DNA of 64,000 nt from an uncultured bacterium (GTDB lineage: Bacteria > Actinomycetota > Actinomycetes > S36-B12 > CAIKAW01). Under the pieces are notes generated by a model. The model searched no databases and had not been told where the DNA came from. It worked only from the letters and a program-made list of their open reading frames with translations. Location of the stretch: NCBI GenBank assembly GCA_903825575.1, contig CAIKAW010000031.1, forward strand, positions 131,469 through 195,468, read 5' to 3'. Made by a program: the position numbers and the translations under genes. Each line of letters begins with the position of its first letter. The first letter of the stretch is position 1. Positions 1 through 10,453 of this stretch are shown in pieces.

Positions 1-266
1 GGCGACTGATCGTGTTTGGGATCTTCGTATTCGCCGCCATTGCCGCTCCGACACCAGATCCGTGGACCATGCTCCTCCTTGCTCTTCCGCTTTGCGGCCT
101 TTTCGCAATTGCGTGGGCAATCGCCTGGCTCTCGGACCGACGTAAGCGCCGCCGGAGTCCGGAAGGGGATTACGACCAGTGGTCCGACGAACAGGCCTCT
201 ACGTTAAGTGCCCCCGAGTTCGACCCCGCAGATAGCGTGGCCTCAGACCTCAAGGATGCAGACTAA
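1..266 (+). CDS. tatC: TatC (twin-arginine translocase) C-terminal fragment; 5' end lies outside the window
   Basis: The frame is open from the window edge. It encodes the last TM helices with a TatC-like 'AAIAAPTPDPW' motif, then a charged tail. The tatC...helY neighbourhood matches mycobacteria. Confidence 0.6.
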   Translation, partial: RLIVFGIFVFAAIAAPTPDPWTMLLLALPLCGLFAIAWAIAWLSDRRKRRRSPEGDYDQWSDEQASTLSAPEFDPADSVASDLKDAD

Positions 267-270
267 GGCC

Positions 271-1203
271 ATGAAGAAGATTGCTTTGCTGGTTAATCCG
301 GCCGCCGCAGGGGGGCGGGCGATCCGTCGGGTGCCGGCGGTGATGGACCAACTTCGCGGCGCCGGAATCGAAGTGATAGCCCTAACTGGCACCGATGCTC
401 GCGATGCCCTGCGACTGGCTACCGGCGCGGTGCGAGGCGGGATCGATGCATTGGTTGCAGCGGGTGGCGATGGTTCGGTCAATTTGGCAGTGCAAGCGAT
501 CGGTGATTCTGGTACCTCTTTGGGGATCATCCCGCTAGGAACCGGAAACGACAATGCCCGCTCGTTCGGGTTACCCCTCGGCGATGTGGCTGCGGCAACC
601 AAGGTCATTATCGACGGAGCTACGCGCCAAGTTGACGTCGCTGTGGCAGTGACCGATGAAGGCGTGAGACGGCGCTTCACTGGCGTTCTGTCTGCCGGTT
701 TCGATTCGGCCGTGAACGAGCGCGCCAACGACATGACGTTCCCCCCAGGCCGGGCTAAGTACTTGGCGGCGATCATCGCTCAACTAGCGACCTTTCGTCC
801 GGTCGAATACCACGTGACCTTGGATTCCGAGGAGATAGTGGACCACGGAATGCTCGTTGCTGTTGGGAACGGGCCCGCATACGGAGGTGGGATGTTAGTT
901 TGCCCGGCAGCCGACGTCGCCGATGGCAGACTCCACATCACCTTTCTGCACAAGGTCGGCAGGCCAACGTTCCTTGGAGTACTTCCCAAGGTGTTCTCCG
1001 GTAAACACGTGCACCATCCGTCGGTCACCGTCCACACCTCAGGGAGTGTGCGCATCGTCGCCGATGGCCAATTGGCGTACGCAGACGGCGAGCGGATTGG
1101 TCCGCTTCCGGTTCAAATTTCGCTACTTCCGGGTGCATTGCGCGTATTGGTACCAGACTCCCAAGGTCTGCCACCTCTGGATTCCCCACCTGCATCAATA
1201 TGA
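271..1203 (+). CDS. Diacylglycerol kinase family lipid kinase
   Basis: N-terminus 'MKKIALLVNPAAAGG', a 'GGDGS' motif and 'PLGTGND' are typical of the DAGK catalytic domain. I prefer the ATG at 271, just after the tatC stop, over the GTG at 208. The stop overlaps the helY ATG (ATGA). Confidence 0.8.
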   Translation: MKKIALLVNPAAAGGRAIRRVPAVMDQLRGAGIEVIALTGTDARDALRLATGAVRGGIDALVAAGGDGSVNLAVQAIGDSGTSLGIIPLGTGNDNARSFGLPLGDVAAATKVIIDGATRQVDVAVAVTDEGVRRRFTGVLSAGFDSAVNERANDMTFPPGRAKYLAAIIAQLATFRPVEYHVTLDSEEIVDHGMLVAVGNGPAYGGGMLVCPAADVADGRLHITFLHKVGRPTFLGVLPKVFSGKHVHHPSVTVHTSGSVRIVADGQLAYADGERIGPLPVQISLLPGALRVLVPDSQGLPPLDSPPASI

Positions 1204-3917
1204 GTTCGCCTTCCGAAAAGTATGCGAAGGCAATGGCCCGCGCGGCCGAGACCCGCACTGTGTTGCATACGTTCCGGGAGTCATACGAATTTGAGTTTGA
1301 CGACTTTCAGATTCGTGCCTGTCAGGCGCTGGAGGCCGGCAAGGGAGTCCTGGTTGCCGCGCCAACTGGTGCAGGCAAGACGATAGTTGGAGAGTTCGCC
1401 GTCCATCTAGCGGTCGTGTCCGGGACTAAGTGCTTCTACACCACACCGATCAAGGCTTTGTCCAATCAGAAGTTCCACGATCTGATTGGTCGTTACGGCG
1501 AGGACAATGTCGGCCTCCTTACCGGGGACAATTCCATCAATGGCGAAGCTCCCGTAGTAGTTATGACTACCGAAGTACTGCGCAACATGATTTACGCCCA
1601 ATCCGACACCTTGTCGGGCCTTAGTCACGTCGTAATGGACGAAGTCCATTACTTGGCCGACCGTTTTCGGGGACCAGTCTGGGAAGAGGTCATACTACAA
1701 CTGCCGATTTCGGTACGGATTGCGGCGCTTTCGGCGACCGTGAGCAACGCTGAGGAATTTGGTGAATGGCTGACCACTGTTCGGGGCGAAACTGAGGTGG
1801 TGGTTGAGGAACATCGCCCAGTGCCGCTGTGGCAGCATGTGCTCGTCGGAGATCAATTGCATGATCTTTATGTAGAACCCGAGCGATTGCGCGTAAATCC
1901 TGAACTTATGCGCTTGGCGCGGGATGAAGATCGCGCCGCGAAGTTTTCCCACGAGCGTCCGGTTCGTGGACAGCGTCGCGCCCGGGGCCCGCATGCCCCA
2001 TCTCGTGTTGAAATGCTGGGCGCGCTGCGTCGTGAGGGACTCCTTCCTGCAATCGTGTTTGTCTTCAGCCGGGTCGGTTGCGATTCAGCTGTGCGCCAAT
2101 GTCTTTCCGCCGGACTGCAGCTAACAACCGCAAGCGAACGCAAAGAGATTCACGACCTGGTGACTGAAAGGTGCAGCCAACTTCCTGAGCCCGACTTGCA
2201 CGTCTTGGGTTATGGCGAATGGCTGTCCGGACTCGAATCAGGGCTTGCCGCACACCACGCCGGCATGCTGCCGGCCTTCAAGGAGGTAGTTGAAGAACTC
2301 TTCCAACGTGGGCTCTTGAAGGCAGTGTTTGCCACCGAAACCCTGGCTCTAGGTATCAACATGCCTGCAAAATCCGTTGTTCTTGAACGCCTAGTTAAGT
2401 GGAACGGTGAGGGGCATGTGGCGGTAACGGCGGGGGAGTACACCCAGTTGACAGGCCGGGCCGGGCGGCGTGGGCTCGACACTGACGGACACTCAGTCGT
2501 CGTATGGCACCGTGAACTTGAACCTGCCGGCCTGGCCGGTTTGGCCGCAACGCGCACCTACCCGCTCAGATCATCCTTTCGCCCTTCCTACAACATGGCC
2601 GTGAACCTGGTGGGTCGTGTTGGTCGCAAGGTCGCAAAAGACTTGCTTGAAATGTCATTCGCGCAATTCCAAGCAGATCGCTCGGTCGTAGGTCTGACCC
2701 GCACGATTCGCAACAACCAAGAAACGCTTCAGACCATGGCCGCAGAGATGCAATGTCATCTGGGCGATTTCGCCGAGTACGCGGCCCTGCGAGCCAGAGT
2801 TTCAGACCTCGAAAAGGAACAAGCCCGCGCCGGCGCCGCCGCACGCGTTGCCGCCGCCGGCGCAGCTTTGGCGGCGCTGCGACCGGGCGATGTGATTTTC
2901 GTCCCTACGGGCCGGCGCGCGGGGCCCGCCGTAGTTCTTGATCCCGGTTTGGGGGGCGCGGATGCATTACCTCGGCCCGCCGTATTGACTCTTGATCGCC
3001 AGGTCCGCCGACTCTCAGTCGTTGACTTTCCGACTCCGGCACAAGTCGTTGGACGCGTGCGTATTCCCAAGACCTTCAGCGCCAGATCAGCTAACTCGCG
3101 TCGAGATCTAGCTGCACTGCTTAAGGATGCTTCAACAGACCTTCATTTGCGTAGTCAACGGCCCCACCGCGAGGTCGGTAGCGACGGTGAAATCAAGGTA
3201 CTAAGAACGCAACTCCGGGCGCACCCCTGCCACGGTTGCAGTGATCGAGAAGCTCATGCCCGGTTGGCCGAGAAGTACCACCGCGTGTTACGCGAGACAA
3301 ACGGAATCGAGCGCCGGGTAGCAAATCAGACGAATTCCATTGGCAGACAATTTGAACGAGTCTGCGCCCTGCTGACCAAGCTTGGATATCTTGAACAGGC
3401 TGGGTCCAAGTTGATCGTTACCGACTCGGGCAGGCTCTTGGCTGGGCTGTATACCGAACTGGATCTACTTGCAGCCGAATGTATCCGGCACGGCGATTGG
3501 GACGAGTTATCGGCCGCCGAACTGGGTGCCGTCGTTTCTGCACTGGTTTTTGAGTCACGCGGTGCTGACATTGCGGAGCCGCAGATCCCAACTGCCCGAA
3601 TCCGTGAAGCCTTGGCGGCCCTTGTGCGCCGTTGGGCCAAGCTGTCGGAACTCGAAGCCGAGGAACGACTTGATTTTCTGCGCGAACCTGACGTGGGGTT
3701 CTGCGAAGCTACTTACGCGTGGGCGCGACAGGGCCAACTCGAAGCCGTCCTTCGGGACGCCGACTTGGCAGCTGGCGACTTCGTCCGAGCGACAAAGCAG
3801 GTAATTGACTTACTGGACCAGGTGGGCGCTGGCGGCGCCAACTCTTTAGGCGCTAATGCAAATCTGGCCATTACGAACCTACGACGCGGAGTTGTTGCTT
3901 ACGCGGCACTTACCTGA
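1200..3917 (+). CDS. helY: Ski2-like DEAD/DEAH-box RNA helicase HelY
   Basis: Walker A 'APTGAGKT', a 'DEVH' box, a helicase C domain and a long DSHCT-like C-terminus. Length is 905 aa. Synteny with tatC and the 5'-3' exonuclease matches M. tuberculosis. Confidence 0.85.
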   Translation: MSSPSEKYAKAMARAAETRTVLHTFRESYEFEFDDFQIRACQALEAGKGVLVAAPTGAGKTIVGEFAVHLAVVSGTKCFYTTPIKALSNQKFHDLIGRYGEDNVGLLTGDNSINGEAPVVVMTTEVLRNMIYAQSDTLSGLSHVVMDEVHYLADRFRGPVWEEVILQLPISVRIAALSATVSNAEEFGEWLTTVRGETEVVVEEHRPVPLWQHVLVGDQLHDLYVEPERLRVNPELMRLARDEDRAAKFSHERPVRGQRRARGPHAPSRVEMLGALRREGLLPAIVFVFSRVGCDSAVRQCLSAGLQLTTASERKEIHDLVTERCSQLPEPDLHVLGYGEWLSGLESGLAAHHAGMLPAFKEVVEELFQRGLLKAVFATETLALGINMPAKSVVLERLVKWNGEGHVAVTAGEYTQLTGRAGRRGLDTDGHSVVVWHRELEPAGLAGLAATRTYPLRSSFRPSYNMAVNLVGRVGRKVAKDLLEMSFAQFQADRSVVGLTRTIRNNQETLQTMAAEMQCHLGDFAEYAALRARVSDLEKEQARAGAAARVAAAGAALAALRPGDVIFVPTGRRAGPAVVLDPGLGGADALPRPAVLTLDRQVRRLSVVDFPTPAQVVGRVRIPKTFSARSANSRRDLAALLKDASTDLHLRSQRPHREVGSDGEIKVLRTQLRAHPCHGCSDREAHARLAEKYHRVLRETNGIERRVANQTNSIGRQFERVCALLTKLGYLEQAGSKLIVTDSGRLLAGLYTELDLLAAECIRHGDWDELSAAELGAVVSALVFESRGADIAEPQIPTARIREALAALVRRWAKLSELEAEERLDFLREPDVGFCEATYAWARQGQLEAVLRDADLAAGDFVRATKQVIDLLDQVGAGGANSLGANANLAITNLRRGVVAYAALT

Positions 3918-4810
3918 GCGACGGTTTTCGCCCACCGCTCTACGGTGCCGGTCATGCCCGTTCGAGCGATCAAATCGGCAATGGCTGGTGTCCCGGTCGG
4001 AGGGGTCCGGAGTCGATCGTCGTAGTCAGGCAAGGGGACATCGGTCCGGACTCGCACGACGACCTGAGCCGCCGTCAAGTATTCGAGGGCATCCCGCAGT
4101 GAATCTCTCAGCCGCGGGCGCAGATTGCTATCGGTTGCGTTTGCTGCGGCCAAGACACGTTCCAAGCTTTCATGTTCTGACAGCAGCGCCGCAGCGCCTT
4201 TGTCGCCAATACCCCTAACGCCACTCAATCCATCAGATGGGTCCCCGCGAAGGGTAGCAAAATCGGCATATTGCAAGGCCGAGACACCGTACCGATCACG
4301 AACGGTCAGATCGCTGAATACCTGAACTGGCCCCTTGCCCGTATACCAAACGGAAATGTTCCGACGATCATCAATGACCTGGAACAGATCTCGGTCACCA
4401 GTCAAAACGGCTACCGGTCCGGCTTCCTTCTTGGCAATTGTGGCGATGACATCGTCTGCTTCGAAGCCGGCAACCCCAATCCGCGTCAAGCCAAGTCCCG
4501 CAGCGATATCGATGATGGTGTCCACCTGAGGAGCCAAGTCGTCGGGAATCGCTTCGGTTCCATCCGAGGCCAGACGATGGGCCTTATAGGCCGGTATCAG
4601 CGTGGTGCGAAATGCCGGCCGCCAATCTTCATCCCAGCAAAGCACTAGCCGAGTTGCTTGGAATTGTTCAACAGCCCTCGTAAGCGAAGTGAAGAACCCT
4701 CGCACTGCGTTAACTGGCCGTCCCGACGAGTCCCGCATCGAGTCCGGAACACCATAGAACGCGCGGTAATACTGCGAAGCAGAATCGACCAGAAGTAGGC
4801 GCTGCGTCAT
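3899..4810 (-). CDS. 5'-3' exonuclease (Pol I-type FEN / flap nuclease)
   Basis: 'LLLVDSASQYYRAFYG', 'LTGDRDLFQ' and an H3TH region 'DPSDGLSGVRGIGDKGAA'. Convergent with helY, with a 19-nt overlap. Confidence 0.85.
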   Translation of the reverse strand: MTQRLLLVDSASQYYRAFYGVPDSMRDSSGRPVNAVRGFFTSLTRAVEQFQATRLVLCWDEDWRPAFRTTLIPAYKAHRLASDGTEAIPDDLAPQVDTIIDIAAGLGLTRIGVAGFEADDVIATIAKKEAGPVAVLTGDRDLFQVIDDRRNISVWYTGKGPVQVFSDLTVRDRYGVSALQYADFATLRGDPSDGLSGVRGIGDKGAAALLSEHESLERVLAAANATDSNLRPRLRDSLRDALEYLTAAQVVVRVRTDVPLPDYDDRLRTPPTGTPAIADLIARTGMTGTVERWAKTVAQVSAA

Positions 4811-4841
4811 TGTTCAAGGGTACGGGGCTAGCGTTGGGTAT

Positions 4842-5960
4842 ATGACTCAGACTTTCGACCAACCCACTGCCGAGTTCGTGAGCAGAATGCGGCGGGCCAC
4901 CTTGGGGTTGGCCTCCCACGAACTCGCTGCCCTTGTCGTGTCACCGGGCCCAGATCTTCGCTACCTATGCGGATACGACGCAATTGCATTGGAGCGCCTC
5001 ACCGCACTCATCCTCCAAGCGGACTCGGCCTACCTTGTTGTGCCCGAGCTGGAAGTTCGGGCAGCACTTGCCAGCCCGGTAGCCGAGCTGGGAATCGAAG
5101 TGCTTACGTGGGGCGAAACAGACGACCCCTACCGTCTGGTTGCCGATTTGATCCCGGGCGGTGGAAAAGCCGGGGTTGAAGCGCGAATGTGGGCTGCAAA
5201 AACCTTTGCATTAGGCGGCGCAGGCCTGAATGTAACCACCGGCGAACGTGCACTTGCGGAGTTGCGATTGCGCAAGAGCGCATACGAAATCAACTGCCTT
5301 CGAAAGGCCGGAGCGGCGATCGACCGGGTGCACGAGCAGGTGTCGGGCTTCCTGCGAATCGGTCGAACCGAACGTGCAATTGCTGCCGATATCAGTGCCG
5401 CAATCATCGCCACCGGTCATGAACGAGTTGATTTCGCCATCGTCGCCTCGGGCCCTAACGGCGCCAGCCCCCACCACTTAGCCTCAGATCGCGAACTAGT
5501 TGCCGGCGACCTAATCGTCGTCGACATTGGCGGCACAATGCCGGATGGATACTGCAGTGACTCGACCCGCACCTACTGTTTGGGAGATCCTGAACCGGCT
5601 GCCCGCGATGCCTACGAGGTGCTCCAAGTAGCGCAGGAACTAGCTGTTCGCCATGTAGTCCCAGGTATCAGCGCCGAAGCGATCGATGCGGCCGCCCGTT
5701 CAGTGATCACCGCAGCCGGTTATGGCGAGTTGTTCATGCATCGCACTGGACACGGCATCGGCCTCGAGACGCATGAAGAGCCGTATCTGGTTGCCGGAAA
5801 CGCCACGACCCTAGAACCAGGAATGGTCTTTAGCGTTGAGCCTGGCATCTACCTAGCCGATCAATTCGGGGCCCGGATCGAGGACATCGTCGCGGTGACC
5901 GAGACTGGTTGGGAGTCGTTCAACCTAAGGCCGCGCAACCTGATTGTCGTGCCTACCTAG
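4842..5960 (+). CDS. M24 family Xaa-Pro dipeptidase / aminopeptidase P-like
   Basis: Creatinase-like N-domain plus pita-bread metal ligands ('VVDIGG..DGYCSDSTRT', 'HRTGHGIGLETHE', 'EPGIY'). Confidence 0.85.
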   Translation: MTQTFDQPTAEFVSRMRRATLGLASHELAALVVSPGPDLRYLCGYDAIALERLTALILQADSAYLVVPELEVRAALASPVAELGIEVLTWGETDDPYRLVADLIPGGGKAGVEARMWAAKTFALGGAGLNVTTGERALAELRLRKSAYEINCLRKAGAAIDRVHEQVSGFLRIGRTERAIAADISAAIIATGHERVDFAIVASGPNGASPHHLASDRELVAGDLIVVDIGGTMPDGYCSDSTRTYCLGDPEPAARDAYEVLQVAQELAVRHVVPGISAEAIDAAARSVITAAGYGELFMHRTGHGIGLETHEEPYLVAGNATTLEPGMVFSVEPGIYLADQFGARIEDIVAVTETGWESFNLRPRNLIVVPT

Positions 5961-5992
5961 CTGACATCGGGCAGCGCTAGGCTAGGCGGACC

Positions 5993-6433
5993 ATGGAAGA
6001 ACTCGATCAGTCGATCCTTCGCCTCCTAGCCGCCGATGGCCGGATGTCCTACACCGACCTTGGAAAGGCAACCGGGCTTTCCACTTCTGCCGTACACCAG
6101 CGGGTCCGGCGGCTAGAACAGCGAAACGTGATCCGCGGATACTCCGCAGTAATCGACGCTGAGGCAGTTGGGCTGTCACTTACGGCCTTCGTCTCGATCA
6201 AACCAATCGACCCGGCCGCCCCCGACGATGCGCCCGCACGCCTTGCCGGCTTGGCGGCGATCGAGGCTTGCCACAGCGTCGCTGGCGACGAGGCCTACAT
6301 CCTCAAAGTTCGAGTGCCCACCCCGGCGGCACTCGAATCACTCTTGGCTGAAATACGAACAACGGCAGCGGTCTCCACCAAAACCGTCGTCGTACTTTCC
6401 ACGCCGTACGAGGGTCGCTCACCGGGTATCTAG
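5993..6433 (+). CDS. Lrp/AsnC family transcriptional regulator
   Basis: N-terminal HTH 'LDQSILRLLAADGRMSYTDLGKATGLSTSAVHQRVRRLEQ' followed by a RAM/AsnC_trans_reg domain. Length is 146 aa. Confidence 0.85.
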   Translation: MEELDQSILRLLAADGRMSYTDLGKATGLSTSAVHQRVRRLEQRNVIRGYSAVIDAEAVGLSLTAFVSIKPIDPAAPDDAPARLAGLAAIEACHSVAGDEAYILKVRVPTPAALESLLAEIRTTAAVSTKTVVVLSTPYEGRSPGI

Positions 6434-6468
6434 TGGTTGCCGGGATAGAATCCTTCGGCTGATCCTTA

Positions 6469-7761
6469 TTGCTCTTTCATGCACCTTTGGGCAAAGCCGA
6501 GGTCAGCTGTGATGTTGTTTGCTCGATACCGCGCCGGAACCTTGGCGGCGGGCCGCCGAAGGGGACGCACTTGCTCGACACGAAGCCAAGGTCGCGGGGC
6601 CGCTCTGCGCGGTATGAGCGCCCCTCGGGAGCCAAAACGCCAGGGACAGGACGCTTGGTTCTGCGTTGGGTTGGATTAGTTATCAGCCTCGTACTCGTTT
6701 TCGGCTCTTTGGCAACTGGCTGGTCTATGGGCAACGCTGTGTTTACTCAGGGCGGCGATCCCACCTCGGCAAAACTGGCCGAATGGGGACGTGACCACGG
6801 CCTAGGCGCTGCCGTGACAGCTCTTGAGGCATTGCAGTACAAACTCAACCCACCCAAATCTGGGGGGGCCCCGGACTCCGGCCTGCTCGCTCAGCAGACT
6901 GCCAACCCTTCCCCTGTAGCCACTACTTCGCCAGTGCCCATCCACACTGCGCTGGCTCCCATCGTTAAGCCAGGCATTGGCGGCGAAGGCTTCTTCAAGC
7001 CTCTGGTAGTGCGCGATGGCCTACCGATCATCCAGGTTGCCTACCTTCGCCCAGATACCGTTCACACTTCGTATCTTTCGGCAGTGGTCTGGATGTCCGG
7101 GCTACATACCCAACTCGTCCTGCACCCCGGTTACTCCGACCCAGGTAATCTCTCGCTGTTCACACAAGGAGCTGCGGTACGCAACACCGCGCTAAGCGGT
7201 CTGATCGCAACCTTCAACGCCGGCTTCAAGGTCAAGGATTCCCGTGGTGGTTTCTATCGAGATGGTCACACCATTGGAAAACTTCAGGTCGGCGCCGCTT
7301 CGGTGGTCACCTATGCCGATGGACATACAGATGTCGGATCGTGGGGCAGTCAGGTCTCGATGACTGCAGATGTAGTTTCAGTGCGCCAGAACCTCAAATT
7401 GCTAATAGATAAAGGGGTTCTGTCCAGCAATCTCAATGGCGACGTTCAGTCAACCTGGGGAGCAACCATTGGCGGAGCCTATGCCGTTTGGCGAACCGGG
7501 ATTGGGATCACCGCCGAGGGAGACCTTGTCTACGTAATCGGCGATGCGCTTTCGGTACGAAGTTTGGCTGTCTTGCTCCAACGTGCTGGTGCAGTCCGGG
7601 CTATGCAACTGGACATTAACCAGCTATGGGCGTCATACATGTGGTACACACCAGCTACTGGCGGATTGCTCTCCCCGCATAAGGTGCTCAGTTTCGAACG
7701 CCCCGCCAACCGCTATTTGACACCGACAAGTCGCGATTTCTTCGCGGTCTTGGCCAGATAG
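6469..7761 (+). CDS. Membrane-anchored phosphodiester glycosidase family protein (DUF2233-like)
   Basis: Basic N-terminus and a single TM ('LVLRWVGLVISLVLVFGSLA'). C-terminal signatures 'TFNAGFK..GGFYRDG' and 'RTGIGITAEGDLVYV...AMQLDIN'. The start codon is uncertain: TTG at 6469, or internal TTG/GTG. Confidence 0.7.
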   Translation: MLFHAPLGKAEVSCDVVCSIPRRNLGGGPPKGTHLLDTKPRSRGRSARYERPSGAKTPGTGRLVLRWVGLVISLVLVFGSLATGWSMGNAVFTQGGDPTSAKLAEWGRDHGLGAAVTALEALQYKLNPPKSGGAPDSGLLAQQTANPSPVATTSPVPIHTALAPIVKPGIGGEGFFKPLVVRDGLPIIQVAYLRPDTVHTSYLSAVVWMSGLHTQLVLHPGYSDPGNLSLFTQGAAVRNTALSGLIATFNAGFKVKDSRGGFYRDGHTIGKLQVGAASVVTYADGHTDVGSWGSQVSMTADVVSVRQNLKLLIDKGVLSSNLNGDVQSTWGATIGGAYAVWRTGIGITAEGDLVYVIGDALSVRSLAVLLQRAGAVRAMQLDINQLWASYMWYTPATGGLLSPHKVLSFERPANRYLTPTSRDFFAVLAR

Positions 7762-7782
7762 ACCGGTGCCTAATGGGTCGAA

Positions 7783-9330
7783 CTAGCGACTAGCCTCGCG
7801 GCTTTCTGCGGCCGCTGCGATTGTCTCAGCTGAGGCAGTTAAGTAGTCACCTGAATGTTCGCGCCACCAGTCTTGGCCTTCGACGGGCAAAGTATGAATT
7901 GGGTCGTAGTACTCGTACCTACGTCGTAGGGCTTCAGGGTCATCTAATTCGACACCTGTGCGGTAGTTCTTTGTCCAATAAGAGATTCCACGAGTGTGGT
8001 CATAGTCGGCTAGTTGATGAACCCAACGTTTGCCCACGTATGGCACGTCGCAAACAATGCGCGGCGTCGCAAAACCAGGCAGATACCCCATAATGCCGTG
8101 CTGAAGTTCTTGAGCTTGCCAAACTGCTAGGCGCCAGTGCTCGCTGAACGGAATCATGTCGCACATGTAGAAGTAGTACGGCATGATCGCCGCATCATCG
8201 AGAAGGGCAAAGCTCAAATCGAGCAGTGCATCGACACTGGCGTTAATTCCGTTGAGCAGAACACCTTGATTGCGAACATCACGCACTCCCGCATCAAGCA
8301 TTGCCCGCACGGCCTCCGCGACAAGAGGCGTGACCGAAGCGGCAGTGTTGACGTGGGTGTGGATCGCCAACGAGACACCGCGATCGCGGGCAGTCTTAGC
8401 TAGCCGTTCAACGCCGGAACGTACCTCCGGCTGGAGCCAGTGTTGAGGGAGCGCAGCGAGGGCCTTGGTAGCCAAGCGAATATCGCGAATGTTTTCAATG
8501 CTGAGCAACTCAGCAACAAATGCCTCTAGGCGTGACCACGGAAGGTTCCCGACGTCACCGCCACTAACAACAACATCTCGCACACCTGGCGAATTACGCA
8601 GGTAGGCAATCATGTCGTCGTATCGATCAGTCGGTTTGGCAACGAACTTCAACTTCGTAATAGACGGGGTTGAGTTGCCGACAAGATCCATGCGGGTGCA
8701 GTGGCCGCAATACTGCGGGCACGTTGAGAGCAATTCGGCTAAGACCTTGGTTGGGTAGCGATGTGTCAGCCCTTCGGCTGTCCACATCTCATGCTCGTGG
8801 AGCGAATCCCGGGTGGCGTGCGGGTGGCTCGGCCACTGGGTTAGGCGGTCAGAAAACACCGGAAGCATGTATCTGCGAACCGGGTCGGCATACATTGAGT
8901 CGGTCCAAGAATCGGCTGCGCTAGGAAGTGGATCGACCATCATCGTGTTGATCATCTGCGGCGGCACGAGCATCGACATCGTGGCCCGCTCGACCTGATC
9001 CCGGTTCAGATCGTCGTAGAAACGGTCAGCGACTCGGTCGCCCAAAACGTCTTTGAGTTGACCAGAGGTCTTCACGCAATGTGCCCGTTGCCATTGGACA
9101 TCGCGCCACTCGGCCTCAGACACATCACGCCAACCCGGGAACCGACGCCAGTCAGGCTCTGGGGCATTACGGCGGCGATAGACGTAAGGCTGGCGGGCCG
9201 CGGCGTGCTCGGACGCAGACTGTTCGGGGCTAATTCGCGGTTCGACCCCGAGCACAGGTGTTGTCACAGTCCCTCCAAAGCGCAGATACCAGCGTGGTAT
9301 TAAGGTATCACCACAGGTCTTTTCGTTCAC
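7783..9330 (-). CDS. kamA: KamA-family radical SAM aminomutase (lysine 2,3-aminomutase-like)
   Basis: Radical SAM cluster motif 'CPQYCGHCTRM' in a KamA-like context ('VVVSGGD', 'IRLATK'). The start is uncertain: GTG at 9330, or GTG at 9267 preceded by GGAGGG. Confidence 0.75.
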   Translation of the reverse strand: MNEKTCGDTLIPRWYLRFGGTVTTPVLGVEPRISPEQSASEHAAARQPYVYRRRNAPEPDWRRFPGWRDVSEAEWRDVQWQRAHCVKTSGQLKDVLGDRVADRFYDDLNRDQVERATMSMLVPPQMINTMMVDPLPSAADSWTDSMYADPVRRYMLPVFSDRLTQWPSHPHATRDSLHEHEMWTAEGLTHRYPTKVLAELLSTCPQYCGHCTRMDLVGNSTPSITKLKFVAKPTDRYDDMIAYLRNSPGVRDVVVSGGDVGNLPWSRLEAFVAELLSIENIRDIRLATKALAALPQHWLQPEVRSGVERLAKTARDRGVSLAIHTHVNTAASVTPLVAEAVRAMLDAGVRDVRNQGVLLNGINASVDALLDLSFALLDDAAIMPYYFYMCDMIPFSEHWRLAVWQAQELQHGIMGYLPGFATPRIVCDVPYVGKRWVHQLADYDHTRGISYWTKNYRTGVELDDPEALRRRYEYYDPIHTLPVEGQDWWREHSGDYLTASAETIAAAAESREASR

Positions 9331-9393
9331 GATCCTCTTTGCAGGATATCCTGTTGTCTAGGTTATTGGCCACCGGACTGGAAGGATGGGCGA

Positions 9394-10440
9394 GTGTCCA
9401 TAGGAACTAGCCGCGTGATCGAGCCGCTTGGGGTGTTACCTCAAGCGGCGTGGCGCCTGAATCCCGATCCCACAATTGGGCCGGACGAGGTTCGCATCCG
9501 CGTCAAACGCTTGAACCTTGACGCCGCCTCATTTCGCCAACTTCGCGAGGCCAACGACAACGATGGCAGCCGAATCCGCCAGGCTGTTCTAGAAATCGTG
9601 GACACCCGCGGAAAGATGCACAATCCGGTTACCGGGTCAGGCGGGATGCTCGTCGGTAGCGTCGAGGCTGTCGGAGCGCAATCGCCGCTTGGGCTGGCTG
9701 TAGGGGACCGAGTCGCCACCTTGGTCTCGCTTTCCTTGACGCCGTTGAAGATCAATGACGGACTGGCCAATTGGGATGGCACGAGTGAACAGATCCCATG
9801 TGACGCAACGGCAATCCTGTTCGCCCGCTCGATCGCTGCTCGGCTACCTGAAGACCTACCTGAGGCCGTCGCACTTGCCGTGATGGACGTTTGTGGGGCG
9901 CCTGCGCTAACGGCTCGGGTCGTGAGCGAGATCAAAAGTCAGGGTCGAGCGTGCTTGGTCGCCGTACTCGGCGGTGGTGGCAAGAGCGGATCGCTGGCGT
10001 TAGCTGCGGCCCGACTTGCCGGGGCCAGTAAGACCCTTGGGATCGTGCCCACCCAGGCGGAGGCCCAATTGCTGCAAAGTGCCGGTATCGCCTCGGCAGT
10101 CGAGGTCGCAGATGCGACCAACCCGATTAGCTTGGCAGAGGTAGTAATCAAATCACTTGGTGGCAAAGCCGATCTGACCGTCGTTTGTGTTGATGTGCCT
10201 GGCTGCGAACACGGTGCCATTCTTGCAACGGCCGATGGAGGCACGATCATCTTCTTCTCGATGGCCACCTCATTCACCGCAGCGGCTCTCGGCGCCGAAG
10301 GGGTTGCCGCAGATGTCACGATGCTCATTGGCAATGGCTACCTACCTGGGCACGCCGACTATGCCTTGGACGTATTCCGCCAAACCCCCGGCGTGCAGGA
10401 GCTCTTTGCGCAACGGCTGCACGCCGAGATCGAACGCTGA
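9394..10440 (+). CDS. kdd: L-erythro-3,5-diaminohexanoate dehydrogenase-like (Kdd)
   Basis: 348-aa MDR/Rossmann-type protein ('VLGGGGKSG'). It sits between kamA and kamDE, where kdd is found in lysine-fermentation clusters. A purine-rich RBS precedes the GTG start. Confidence 0.6.
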   Translation: MSIGTSRVIEPLGVLPQAAWRLNPDPTIGPDEVRIRVKRLNLDAASFRQLREANDNDGSRIRQAVLEIVDTRGKMHNPVTGSGGMLVGSVEAVGAQSPLGLAVGDRVATLVSLSLTPLKINDGLANWDGTSEQIPCDATAILFARSIAARLPEDLPEAVALAVMDVCGAPALTARVVSEIKSQGRACLVAVLGGGGKSGSLALAAARLAGASKTLGIVPTQAEAQLLQSAGIASAVEVADATNPISLAEVVIKSLGGKADLTVVCVDVPGCEHGAILATADGGTIIFFSMATSFTAAALGAEGVAADVTMLIGNGYLPGHADYALDVFRQTPGVQELFAQRLHAEIER

Positions 10441-10453
10441 GGATTGGGACCCA

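Noticed and set aside
243-776. 177-aa ORF antisense to the diacylglycerol-kinase gene. It stands for dozens of similar antisense or alternate-frame ORFs in the track, such as 9441-9935, 10342-10812, 34891-35577, 42928-43428 and 62773-63526.
   Set aside because: These ORFs have Arg/Pro/Ala/Ser-rich low-complexity composition typical of the wrong frame in high-GC DNA. They lack recognisable motifs, and each is fully embedded in a gene that carries clear family signatures on the other strand or frame.
10187-10453. Upstream 89-codon extension of the kamD ORF in the track
   Set aside because: The extension overlaps the 3' end of kdd in another frame and has junk-like composition. The ATG at 10454 gives the expected alpha subunit of about 518 aa.
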